From Dehalococcoidia bacterium (GTDB lineage Bacteria > Chloroflexota > Dehalococcoidia > UBA2979), in NCBI GenBank assembly GCA_036013055.1, contig DASCQM010000001.1, positions 39,015 through 103,014 of the forward strand: a DNA stretch of 64,000 nt, written 5' to 3'. Every line of letters begins with the position of its first letter. The first letter of the stretch is position 1. Under the pieces are notes generated by a model that ran no database searches, was not told where the DNA came from, and saw nothing but the letters and a program-made list of their open reading frames with translations. The position numbers and the translations under genes were made by a program. Below, piece after piece: positions 8,883-17,686 of this stretch.

Positions 8883-8922
8883 ACGATAGCGGCCGGTCCC
8901 CTGCGCCGTCAATTGCGCAATT
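8883..8922 (-). promoter_or_regulatory. Sigma70-type promoter with an overlapping 12-bp palindrome
   Basis: TTGACG (8912-8907), 18 nt, TATCGT (8888-8883). The palindrome AATTGCGCAATT at 8911-8922 overlaps the -35 edge. Confidence 0.6.
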
Positions 8923-8947
8923 CCCCTATCGGTATAGCGACCCAGCC

Positions 8948-10306
8948 CTACTCGCCGGTCACCTCGCGAATCGCCGCGTCCAGCGCCCCGAGGATGTGGT
9001 CGACCTCGTCGCCGTTCACGATCAGCGGCGGAGCGAGCACGATCTGGTCGCCGACGAAGCGCGTGATCACTTCGCCCTCCTCGCGCATGTGCCGCGCGAC
9101 CTTGCCGCCGGTGCCATCAGCCGCGTCGTACGGCGTCCCGCTCTCGGCGTCCTGCACGAGCGTTAGCCCGGCGATCAGGCCGAGGTTGCGGATGTTGTTG
9201 ACGTGTGCATGATCGCTGAACGTCGCACGCAGCCCGTCGCCGAGCCGCGCGCCCATCACGCCGGCATTCTCGACGAGGTTCTCGTCCTCGAAGATCTGCA
9301 GGTTGCGCAGCGCGACGGCCGCCCCCGTCGGATGTGCGCTGTTGGTGTAGGCGTGCATGAAGCGAGCGTCGCTCGGCAGGTCCTGCAGCGCCTGCATGAT
9401 GCGGTTGTTGACGACGAACGCACCCATTGGCACGTAGCCGGATGTGATCGCCTTCGCCAGCGAGAGGATGTCGGGCTGCACCTCCCAGTGCTCCAGTGCG
9501 AACCAGCGACCGGTGCGGCCGAAACCCGTGATCACCTCATCGGCGATGAACAGCACCTCGTACTGGTCGCAGATCTCGCGAATCTTCGTGAAGTACTCGG
9601 CGGAGGGCGTCCAGACGCCGCCCGCGCCCTTGACCGGCTCCGCGATGAAGGCGGCGACGGTATCGGCTCCCTCGCGCTGGATCGCAGCCTCCAGCCAGTG
9701 CGCGCACTCGCCGTCGCTGTTCAGCTCACAGTCACATTCGAGGTTGTCGGGCTGCGCGGTATGCACCATCTCGGGCACCAGCGGGCCGAAGTACTTCCAG
9801 AACGGCGGCAGCCCCGTCAGCGACGCAGTGGCGAGCGTGCCTCCGTGGTAGGCGCGCTCGCGGGCGATCACCTTCACCTTCGAGCCCTTGCCCTGCAGGT
9901 TCCAGAAGAAACGAGCCGCCTTGAACGCGCCCTCGTTCGACTCCGACCCGGAGTTGGTGAAGTAGACGCCGTTCAGATCGTCGTATGCGAGGTCCGCGAC
10001 CTTCGACGCGAGCTGGATCGCCGGGACGTTCGAGAAGCCGGTGTAGTTGTTGGTGAAGGCGACCTTGCGCATCTGATCCGCCGCCGCGTCCGCGAGCTCC
10101 GCGCGGCCGTGACCGATGGCGACATTCCACAGCGACGAGAGACCATCGATATAGCGACGGCCGCGCACGTCGTAGAGCCAGACGCCGTCGCCGTGATCGA
10201 AGATCACCGGCTCCTGGTGCTCGGGTACGTAGTACTGCGGGTGGATCAGGTGGGCCAGGTCCTCTTCGACCAGACCCGCAATCGCGTCTTCGTTCATCGT
10301 TGCCAC
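8948..10306 (-). CDS. Class III (omega-amino acid/polyamine) aminotransferase
   Basis: YIDGLSSLWN, SGSESNE, AYHG, FIAEPV, FIADEVITGFGRTG and SLAKAITSGY motifs. Confidence 0.92.
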   Translation of the reverse strand: MATMNEDAIAGLVEEDLAHLIHPQYYVPEHQEPVIFDHGDGVWLYDVRGRRYIDGLSSLWNVAIGHGRAELADAAADQMRKVAFTNNYTGFSNVPAIQLASKVADLAYDDLNGVYFTNSGSESNEGAFKAARFFWNLQGKGSKVKVIARERAYHGGTLATASLTGLPPFWKYFGPLVPEMVHTAQPDNLECDCELNSDGECAHWLEAAIQREGADTVAAFIAEPVKGAGGVWTPSAEYFTKIREICDQYEVLFIADEVITGFGRTGRWFALEHWEVQPDILSLAKAITSGYVPMGAFVVNNRIMQALQDLPSDARFMHAYTNSAHPTGAAVALRNLQIFEDENLVENAGVMGARLGDGLRATFSDHAHVNNIRNLGLIAGLTLVQDAESGTPYDAADGTGGKVARHMREEGEVITRFVGDQIVLAPPLIVNGDEVDHILGALDAAIREVTGE

Positions 10307-10348
10307 GGCAGCCTCCTCGTTCGTCGGGAGATCGGACTCTACCGCGCC

Positions 10349-11866
10349 TTAGCCGAAACGCGCAGCGATCAGCTCCCGCGCCATGCCGCTCTCACTCCAC
10401 GCGACGGGTCCGCCAGCCCGCTCGATCGACGATTCGTGGCCCTTCCCCGCGAGCAGCACGAGGTCGCCCTGCTCGGCGATCGCAAAGGCGCGATCGATCG
10501 CCTCACGCCGATCCGGCACGCGCTCGAAGCGCTCGCCCTCGGTGGCCCCGGCGGCCGTCATCGCGCGTGCGATGTCATCGATGATTGCGTCGCCGTCTTC
10601 AGACCGCGGGTCTTCCTCAGTCAGTACCGCGTACCCTGCCAGCTCGCCGGCGACCGCGCCGAGCCCGCTGCGACGTTCGGACGAACGCTCTCCCGCACAA
10701 CCGAAGACGACGATCAGCCGCCCATCGACGACCTCGGCGAGCGTCTCGAGCACGCGCTGCATCGCGTCCGCCGTATGCGCGTAGTCGACGATCACGTCGA
10801 ACGGCGCGCCGCCGATGCGCTCCATGCGGCCCGGGACGCCTTCGCAGGTCGCGACGCCCATCGCCGCGCCGCCGACATCGAGGTCGAGCGCCCACGCGAC
10901 CGCGAGCGCGGCCGTGGCGTTCGAGATGTTGAACGCGCCGGGCAGCCGTACGCTCGCCTCCACCGACGCGCCGGTCGCCGCGACGGCGAACGTCGATCCG
11001 TCCGGCCACGCGATGATGTCGCGCGCGCTGAGGTTCGCCGAGCGGTCGTCGATGCTGTAGCTCATCACCGGCACACTCGACGCGGCGGCGAACGGCTCCC
11101 ACTCGTCGCTGTCGAGGTTCACGATCGCGACGCGGGAGACGTCCTTCGTCGTCGGCTCGTCGAGCATCGTGAAGAGCCGCAGCTTCGCGTCGCGGTAGGC
11201 ATCGAGCGTTCCGTGGTGGTCGAGATGGTCGGGCGTCAGGTTCGTGAAGACGGCAATGTCGAATTCGCAGTCCACGAGCCGCAGCAGGTCGAGGCCGTGC
11301 GAGGTCGCCTCCACGACGGCGTGCGTGCAGCCGGCCTCGACCATCTCCGCGAGCTGCCGCTGGATTACCGGCGCCTCCTGCGTCGTCAGGCGCGTCGGGT
11401 GCGGCGCGTCGACGCCGTCGATGCGTGAGCCGATCGTCGTCAACACGCCTGTCTTGACGCCCGCACCCTCGAGCGCCGCGCCGGCGAAGTAGGCGGTCGT
11501 CGACTTGCCGTTCGTGCCGGTGATGCCCACGACCGTGAGCTGACGCGCGGGGTAGCCCTCATGGGCGGCAGCGATCGAGGAGAGCGCGCGACGGCTGTCC
11601 GGCACCTCGACGACCGGCACACCTAGCGGCATCAGCGCCTCGCCGCGGCCGGCCTGCGCGACGATCGCGACCGCCCCACCTTCGACGGCGGCGGCAGCGA
11701 AGTCGTGCCCGTCGGCCTGCGCGCCGACAACGCAGACGAAGAGATCGCCGGGATCGACGTCGCGCGAGTCATGGCGGATCGCGGCGACATCCGACGGCAG
11801 GTCGGACAGTACGTTGGGTCGCACATCGGGTGGCAGACCCTCGCGCCAGTCGCCTCGGGCGGTCAT
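10349..11866 (-). CDS. murE: UDP-N-acetylmuramoyl-L-alanyl-D-glutamate--diamino acid ligase
   Basis: DSR, GITGTNGKSTT, EATSHGL, FTNLTPDHLD, VDYAHT, VFGCAGER, EDPR and AGKGHE motifs. Confidence 0.92.
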   Translation of the reverse strand: MTARGDWREGLPPDVRPNVLSDLPSDVAAIRHDSRDVDPGDLFVCVVGAQADGHDFAAAAVEGGAVAIVAQAGRGEALMPLGVPVVEVPDSRRALSSIAAAHEGYPARQLTVVGITGTNGKSTTAYFAGAALEGAGVKTGVLTTIGSRIDGVDAPHPTRLTTQEAPVIQRQLAEMVEAGCTHAVVEATSHGLDLLRLVDCEFDIAVFTNLTPDHLDHHGTLDAYRDAKLRLFTMLDEPTTKDVSRVAIVNLDSDEWEPFAAASSVPVMSYSIDDRSANLSARDIIAWPDGSTFAVAATGASVEASVRLPGAFNISNATAALAVAWALDLDVGGAAMGVATCEGVPGRMERIGGAPFDVIVDYAHTADAMQRVLETLAEVVDGRLIVVFGCAGERSSERRSGLGAVAGELAGYAVLTEEDPRSEDGDAIIDDIARAMTAAGATEGERFERVPDRREAIDRAFAIAEQGDLVLLAGKGHESSIERAGGPVAWSESGMARELIAARFG

Positions 11867-11986
11867 GGCAGCATCGTAACGCGATCGCTGCGCGAGTTCG
11901 CCGGGTCTTGCGGCTGAGGGGGGCTGGGGGGGGGGGCACTGTAGAAACTACTGCGCACGCAATCGTAGCGCCGAGGGGGCACTGAC

Positions 11987-12403
11987 TTGATCGAACTCAC
12001 CGATGAGATGCGCGACTCGCTGGCCAGCGCGCTGGCCGACAAGCTTCCGGTCACCGTCTGCTACGTCGATGTTGACGGACAGCCGCAGATCAGCTTCCGG
12101 GGCACGGCGCAGGTACACAGCTCCGACCAGATCGCGACCTGGGCGCGCGACCCCAACGGTGGGCTCCCCAACGCGATCGGCGACCGGCCCCGCCTCTCGC
12201 TGCTCTACCGCAACCCCGGCGCACAGCTCGGATGGCAGTTCCAGGGGCGCGCACACATCGATGAGTCCGACGCCGCGCGGGACAAGATCTACGACGCCTC
12301 ACCTGAGGTCGAGCGGAACCGCGACGAAGAGAAGAACGGCAAGGCGATCGTGATCGACATCGACCGCGTGATCGCTCGCGGCCAGACGCTGATGGAGCGC
12401 TAG
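11987..12403 (+). CDS. Pyridoxamine 5'-phosphate oxidase-like (split beta-barrel) protein
   Basis: DGQPQISFRG, RPRLSLLY and QFQGRA pattern; 138 aa. Confidence 0.7.
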   Translation: MIELTDEMRDSLASALADKLPVTVCYVDVDGQPQISFRGTAQVHSSDQIATWARDPNGGLPNAIGDRPRLSLLYRNPGAQLGWQFQGRAHIDESDAARDKIYDASPEVERNRDEEKNGKAIVIDIDRVIARGQTLMER

Positions 12404-12417
12404 TCGCGGCAGTAGTA

Positions 12418-12781
12418 GTGCCAGGGGGCCTGTAAGCCGAATTCTGTATCTCTCCCGAAGGAGAGACGACGGCCATCCATCTAGGACGACAGTTGCCTGC
12501 CGCCTCCAGCGACCTACCCGGGAGCGAGGCGGACCACCCCATACTCCCCTATTTGGTCTTGCTCCGAGTGGGGTTTGCCCGGCCGCCTCGTCTCCGAGAC
12601 GCCGGTGCGCTCTTACCGCACCATTTCACCCTTACCCCCGAGGGGGCGGTTTGTTTCTGTGGCACTTTCCGTCGGCTTACGCCGCCCGGCAGTTAACCGG
12701 CACCCTTGTCCGTTGGAGTTCGGACTTTCCTCCCGCGCCCCCGCAAGCGAGGACACCGGCGGCCGTCCGGCCCCCTGGCAC
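12418..12781 (-). ncRNA. rnpB: RNase P RNA (type A)
   Basis: Minus strand has GAGGAAAGTCCGAACTCC near the 5' end and ACAGAATTCGGCTTA near the 3' end. P1 helix is GTGCCAGGGGGCC / GGCCCCCTGGCAC. Confidence 0.97.
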
Positions 12782-12819
12782 GATCGATCTTACGACGGCT
12801 CCGGGCTGTGGGAGAGGCT

Positions 12820-13896
12820 CTACGAGGACGCGTCCGGGAGTTCGCGCGTCATCACATGCAGGTCCTCGGGAGGCAGCTCGACGACCCAGCGGTCGCGGCT
12901 GGCGACGCCGATCACTTCGTACGGTCGCGAGGCGACCTCGATCTCGACGGCCGGACCCGCGCCCTCCGGCTGCAGGTGCAGCGTGTGCGTGTTGCCGAAC
13001 GAGAGCCGGCTCGTGATCGACGCGACGAAGCTGTTTGGCGGCATCTCACCGTCGGGGTCGTGGCGACGCAGGTTGCACCGCTCGGCGCGGATCGCGACAT
13101 CGACGTCACCGCTCACGCCCGACGGCACGTCCGCGCGCAGCGCGAGACCGTCGACGGTCACGCGGTCGCCGTCGATGGTGCCGCTGAAGACGTTGCCGAC
13201 GCCGGTCAGCTCCGCCACGCGACGCGACGACGGACGCTGGAAGACCTCGTCGCGACGATCGAACTGGAGCAGATCGCCCTCGTCGATCACGGCAACACGG
13301 TCGGCGAGCAGGTGCGCCTCGCGCAGGTCATGCGTGACGAAGAGAATCGGCAGGCCGTACTCCTTGCGCAGGCGCAGCAATTCAGCGCGCAGGTCCTGTC
13401 GCAGCACCTCGTCGAGCGCCGAGAACGGCTCGTCGAGCAGTAGCACCTCTGTGTCGCGGACGAGCGCCCGCGCCAGCGCGACGCGCTGCTGCTGCCCGCC
13501 GGATATCTCGGTCGGACGGCGCTCGTCGAGGCCCTCGATCGAGAGCACCGAGCGCAACGTCTGCCAGCGCGCGCGCGCGTCGCCGTCGCCCTCAACGCCG
13601 ACGAGCACGTTCTCTTCGACGTTCATGTGCGGGAACAGCGTCGACTCCTGGATCACGTAGCCAACTCGGCGCTCCTGCGGCGGCAGGTCGATGCCGGCCG
13701 ACGAGTCAAAGACCTGCCGCCCGCCGATCGCGATCTGGCCGGGCGAGGGCCGGGTCAGGCCAGCGATGGTGCGCAGCGTGAGCGTCTTGCCCGAGCCCGA
13801 GCGCCCGTAGATCACGACCACCTCATCTTCGGCGTCGATCGCGATTTCGAGCGCGAAGTCACCGGCCAGCGTCGTGAACGACGCGCTCAGGCTCAC
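12820..13896 (-). CDS. modC: Molybdate ABC transporter ATP-binding protein
   Basis: GRSGSGKT, ISGGQQQRVALAR and LLLDEPF motifs with a TOBE-like tail. GTG at 13896 overlaps the modB stop. Confidence 0.85.
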   Translation of the reverse strand: MSLSASFTTLAGDFALEIAIDAEDEVVVIYGRSGSGKTLTLRTIAGLTRPSPGQIAIGGRQVFDSSAGIDLPPQERRVGYVIQESTLFPHMNVEENVLVGVEGDGDARARWQTLRSVLSIEGLDERRPTEISGGQQQRVALARALVRDTEVLLLDEPFSALDEVLRQDLRAELLRLRKEYGLPILFVTHDLREAHLLADRVAVIDEGDLLQFDRRDEVFQRPSSRRVAELTGVGNVFSGTIDGDRVTVDGLALRADVPSGVSGDVDVAIRAERCNLRRHDPDGEMPPNSFVASITSRLSFGNTHTLHLQPEGAGPAVEIEVASRPYEVIGVASRDRWVVELPPEDLHVMTRELPDASS

Positions 13897-14690
13897 TGGT
13901 ACGCACCCTGCGAGCCGATGAAGCGGTGCAGTACGACGAGCAGCGCGAGCGCGACCGCGACGAGAATCACGGCGATCGAGACCGCCCCCGCGAGACCCGC
14001 CGACGACTCGAAGGCCGCGAGGATCGCCAGCGGCATCGTCTGCGTGCGTCCCGGCAACGACCCGGCAAAGAGCAGCGTCGCGCCCAGTTCGCCGAGCGCC
14101 CGTGCCCAGCAGAGCACCGCCCCGCCCGCGAGCGCAGGCCAGACGAGCGGAAGCGTCACACGTCGGAATGTGCGCCAGCGCGAGAGTCCGAGGGTGTGGG
14201 CGACGCCCTCGAAACGCGGGTCCGCCGCGACAAAGCCCGCGTATGCGGTGCGCACGTAGTACGGAGCGGAGACGAAGACCTGCGCCGCGATCACGCCGGC
14301 GGTGGTGAACGAGAGCGCGATGCCCGCACCCTCCAGCGGCTCGCCTGCGTAGCCGCGCCGCCCGAACATCGCCAGTAGCGCGATCCCGGCGACGGCGGGC
14401 GGCAGTACGAGCGGCAGGTCGAGCAGGCTCGCCGCCAGCCGCATCGACGTCGATCGGCTGCGGGCGAGCATGTAGGCGAGCGGGGTGCCAAAGGCGATCG
14501 AGATGCCGAGGCTGAAGGTCGCCGTAAAGACCGAGAGCCAGAGCGCGTCCCACGTCCTGCCCGATCCCAGCTCGCTGCCGACATCGCCGTCCGTCAGCGC
14601 GCGAACGAAGAGTCCGACGAGCGGCAGCACGAAGAAGAGCGCGAAGACGATCGGCGGGACGACCCAGAGACGGCGTAGCTGCGTAACCAC
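13893..14690 (-). CDS. modB: Molybdate ABC transporter permease
   Basis: DLPLVLPPAVAGIALL and WARALGELGAT...GRTQTMPLAI motifs. Confidence 0.92.
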   Translation of the reverse strand: MVTQLRRLWVVPPIVFALFFVLPLVGLFVRALTDGDVGSELGSGRTWDALWLSVFTATFSLGISIAFGTPLAYMLARSRSTSMRLAASLLDLPLVLPPAVAGIALLAMFGRRGYAGEPLEGAGIALSFTTAGVIAAQVFVSAPYYVRTAYAGFVAADPRFEGVAHTLGLSRWRTFRRVTLPLVWPALAGGAVLCWARALGELGATLLFAGSLPGRTQTMPLAILAAFESSAGLAGAVSIAVILVAVALALLVVLHRFIGSQGAYQ

Positions 14691-14691
14691 G

Positions 14692-15447
14692 TCAGTTGCC
14701 GGCCACGAGCGGGAATCCGAATTCGACGAACGCGGTCTCCGCCGTCGTCCCCGCGAGGAAGGCGAAGAACGACTCCACGTCGCTGTCGGGCGCGCGACCG
14801 CCGTCTGTCACCAGCGTGGCGACATACTGGTTGCTCGGTGGCTGCTCGCCCAGCGCGATCGCACGGACGCCATCCGCGCTCGGGACATCGGTCGCATAGA
14901 CGAACGCGACGTCGGCCTCGCCCAGTTCGACGCGCGACAGCACCACCCGCACCGATGGGTCACGTGTGACGATCCCCGCGCGGAAGGCAGCGGCGAGCGA
15001 CGGTTCCATCGCGTCCAGTGCCGCCTCGGTCAGCCCGCCCACCGGTACACCGGCCGCCGCGACGGCGACACGCGGTCTCGCGGTGGCGATCTCGTCGACC
15101 GTGAACCACGGCGCATCCTCGCGAACGGCGATCACGAGCGTGCTCTCGGCGAGCACAACGGGTCGCGTTGCCAGGTTCGCGTCAACAAGCCGCTGTGCCT
15201 GCGCGCGATTGGCGGCGATGTAGATGTCGGCGGGCGCGCCCTCCTCGACCTGCGTCGCGAGCGCCTGCGAACCGCCGAACACCAGATTGATGTCGGCATC
15301 GGGGTTCTGCATGCGGTAGCGTTCGACGACCCTCGGCAGCACGTCCGTCAGCGATGACGCCGCGTAGACATCAGCGGCGCCGCCACCGTCGCTACATGCG
15401 GTGGCGACGAGACTGACGGAGAGCAGCAGAGGTATCAGGCGGAACAC
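14692..15447 (-). CDS. modA: Molybdate ABC transporter substrate-binding lipoprotein
   Basis: Lipobox ATAC, YAASSLTD, FGGSQAL, VPVG and GEADVAFVYATD motifs. Confidence 0.9.
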   Translation of the reverse strand: MFRLIPLLLSVSLVATACSDGGGAADVYAASSLTDVLPRVVERYRMQNPDADINLVFGGSQALATQVEEGAPADIYIAANRAQAQRLVDANLATRPVVLAESTLVIAVREDAPWFTVDEIATARPRVAVAAAGVPVGGLTEAALDAMEPSLAAAFRAGIVTRDPSVRVVLSRVELGEADVAFVYATDVPSADGVRAIALGEQPPSNQYVATLVTDGGRAPDSDVESFFAFLAGTTAETAFVEFGFPLVAGN

Positions 15448-15488
15448 GTCGCAAGTATCGCACCACGCACCGAGAGCCGCCGCCCGGG

Positions 15489-16850
15489 TCAGCCGACGAG
15501 CGTGACGGTGACCTCGTCGTCAGTCACGACGGCCCGCGCGACGACCCGCGTCAGCAGCGCACGGCGCTCATCCGACGGCAGCTCGTCCCACCGCTCGGTC
15601 AGTCGGCTCCGCGCGTCAGCGACTGACACGGCGGCAACTCCCACATCGGATCGCTCGAACTCGCTGAGCACGAGCGGTGTTGCCGCGTTCAGTAGTTGCT
15701 GCGCGGTCCACTGCCCCGACGCCCGCATGTCGAGCATGTGGTCGAGGGTTCGTTGCGATGTGCGGTCGTCGTTGCGTTGATCCGCTGGCGATGCGCTAGG
15801 CGGCCGTCCGCCGGTCGCTGGTGCCGGCAGCAGGCCGATCTGGGTGCGCACCTGAGTTTCGAGCTCAGCCGCGCGACGCGTGTGGTAGTCGCAGCGCCCA
15901 TGGTTCGTCCGCGACGCGCACTGGTAGTACGCGACCTCCTCGCGCTCCCCGCCCGCGCGTGCGCGGCTGCGACGCATGCCGATCAGGCTGCCGCCGCAGT
16001 ACCCGCAGCTCGCGATGCCCGACAGCAGGTACTGACGCCGCCGCTGCTTCGAGGGGCTGGTGCGGCGCTTTGCGGTGAGCCGTTGGGCGGTCTCGAACTG
16101 CCCTCGCGTAACCAGCGCCTCGTGCGCGCCCTGCACCACCACGCCGAGCCGACGGTAGGTGCCCGTGTAGACCGCGTTGCGCAGGATGTCTCGGATCGAG
16201 GCGGTCGACCACGGCCGCCTGCGACGGGTGCGCAGGTCGCTCGCGTTCAGCTGCTGGGCGATCCGTCGCACGCCCGCGCCGTCCTCTACGCAGGCTCGGA
16301 AGATGCGGCGGATCACGTCTGCCTCAGGCGGCTCCGGAACCAGATGTCGCTCCTCGATGCGATATCCGTAAGGCGGACGGCCGAGCGCCTGCCCGCGTAG
16401 CGCCTTGCGGCGCATCGCCTCACGCACGCGCTCTCCGCGACGTTCCGACGGCCCTCGCGCGTCCCAGCCGTCGACGAGTGCGCGGTCGGACTGCGTGCCG
16501 TCAGCGAGGTGCAACGTGATGCCAAGCGCACCCAACAGGAGGTAGTGACGGGCACGCGTCCGCACGTCGTCAGCGAGCACGTCGAAACCAGCAACAACGA
16601 TGGCGATGTCGGTGCGCTGCGACTCGTCGATGGAGCGGACAAGCGTCAGCAGGGTGTCGTCAGCGTCACTCGCTGCCTCGATCGGCGGCGTCTCCGGGAG
16701 CGGTACGGCGAGGACGAGATCTCGTTGCGCGCAGTACGCAGTGACCCGCTCTCGCTGCACGTCGATCGGCAGTTCGGGCAGTGCGCGGAGGTAGCCGAGC
16801 GCGATCGTCGGAGGCATCGCATGCTCCGGAAGCCGGGGACGTCGCACCAC
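15489..16850 (-). CDS. Large serine recombinase-family protein with a degenerate catalytic domain
   Basis: Recombinase domain (GRPPYGY, W..ASIRDILRNAVYTG, HEALV) and Zn ribbon (LLSGIASCGYCGG...YYQC...C). N-terminal GYLRAL lacks the catalytic Ser. Start may be ATG 16817. Confidence 0.85.
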   Translation of the reverse strand: MVRRPRLPEHAMPPTIALGYLRALPELPIDVQRERVTAYCAQRDLVLAVPLPETPPIEAASDADDTLLTLVRSIDESQRTDIAIVVAGFDVLADDVRTRARHYLLLGALGITLHLADGTQSDRALVDGWDARGPSERRGERVREAMRRKALRGQALGRPPYGYRIEERHLVPEPPEADVIRRIFRACVEDGAGVRRIAQQLNASDLRTRRRRPWSTASIRDILRNAVYTGTYRRLGVVVQGAHEALVTRGQFETAQRLTAKRRTSPSKQRRRQYLLSGIASCGYCGGSLIGMRRSRARAGGEREEVAYYQCASRTNHGRCDYHTRRAAELETQVRTQIGLLPAPATGGRPPSASPADQRNDDRTSQRTLDHMLDMRASGQWTAQQLLNAATPLVLSEFERSDVGVAAVSVADARSRLTERWDELPSDERRALLTRVVARAVVTDDEVTVTLVG

Positions 16851-16938
16851 CCGCCTTGCGACACGTTAAGTATATCCCGCCCCATCGCAAGCGGTGCTAC
16901 GATCGATGCCCCTGAAGACAACGCACCCGGAGGACACG

Positions 16939-17487
16939 GTGCTTTACAACGTCTCAGTCTTGCTCGGCGAGTCGCTCGGATCTTCACGCCAACTGGCGGT
17001 GGAGGAGCAGTTCGTCACGGTCGCGGACGAGGGCTACGAGACCACGGTCAGCGGCGACGTCACGCTCTTCCGCACCGACCGCGGCATCCTCGTGCAGGCG
17101 AAGCTGCTGGCGCGGCCACAGATCGAGTGCGGGCGCTGCCTGAAGCCGTTCACGTACGAGCATCGACTGAAGTTCGATGAGGAGTTCGTCTTGCCGAGCG
17201 AACCCGGTGCCGACGATGCGATCGAGGCTGGCCCCGACGACTTCAGCATCGACGAGAGACAGCATCTCGACGTCAGCGAAGCCGTCCGGCAGTATGAACA
17301 GTCGGTGTTACCGATTCGGCCGATGTGTCGACCCGACTGCGCCGGGCTCTGCTCCACCTGCGGGCAGGATCTGAATGAAGGTACGTGCGGCTGTCCGAAG
17401 GCCGACCTGGATGAGCGCTGGACGTCGCTCGCGGGGCTTTCGGATCAGTTGAAGACGGAGGAAGCCAGTGGGAGTACCCAAGCGTAG
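16939..17487 (+). CDS. yceD: DUF177 / YceD family protein
   Basis: CGRCL and CRPDCAGLCSTCG motifs; GGAGG SD before GTG 16939; directly upstream of rpmF. Confidence 0.9.
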   Translation: MLYNVSVLLGESLGSSRQLAVEEQFVTVADEGYETTVSGDVTLFRTDRGILVQAKLLARPQIECGRCLKPFTYEHRLKFDEEFVLPSEPGADDAIEAGPDDFSIDERQHLDVSEAVRQYEQSVLPIRPMCRPDCAGLCSTCGQDLNEGTCGCPKADLDERWTSLAGLSDQLKTEEASGSTQA

Positions 17488-17647
17488 GACGCCACGGGCA
17501 AAGCAACATCACCGTCGCAGCCACCACCACAAGAAGGGCCCGCAGATCGTGCGCGACCCGCGGAGTGGCGGCTGGAAGGTGAATCATCGCGCCAGTAGCG
17601 TGGATCGTGACAGCAAAGGTCGCCCCCTCGACCCGATCGAGCCCTAA
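17468..17647 (+). CDS. rpmF: 50S ribosomal protein bL32, cysteine-free form (59 aa)
   Basis: Not in the ORF track. Translates as MGVPKRRTPRAKQHHRRSHHHKKGPQIVRDPRSGGWKVNHRA...; canonical position between yceD and the fab genes. Confidence 0.88.
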   Translation: MGVPKRRTPRAKQHHRRSHHHKKGPQIVRDPRSGGWKVNHRASSVDRDSKGRPLDPIEP

Positions 17648-17686
17648 GACCCACCCGATCCTCCCCGCCGGATCACGGAACCTCAG

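Noticed and set aside
9203-11428. Long ORFs antisense to real genes (e.g. 9203..11428, 39304..41022, 24076..25404)
   Set aside because: These are shadow frames typical of high-GC coding DNA, with no recognisable motifs.
15489-16850. Recombinase as a marker of a prophage or ICE
   Set aside because: Catalytic residues are missing, neighbours are core genes, and I see no compositional shift or att repeats.
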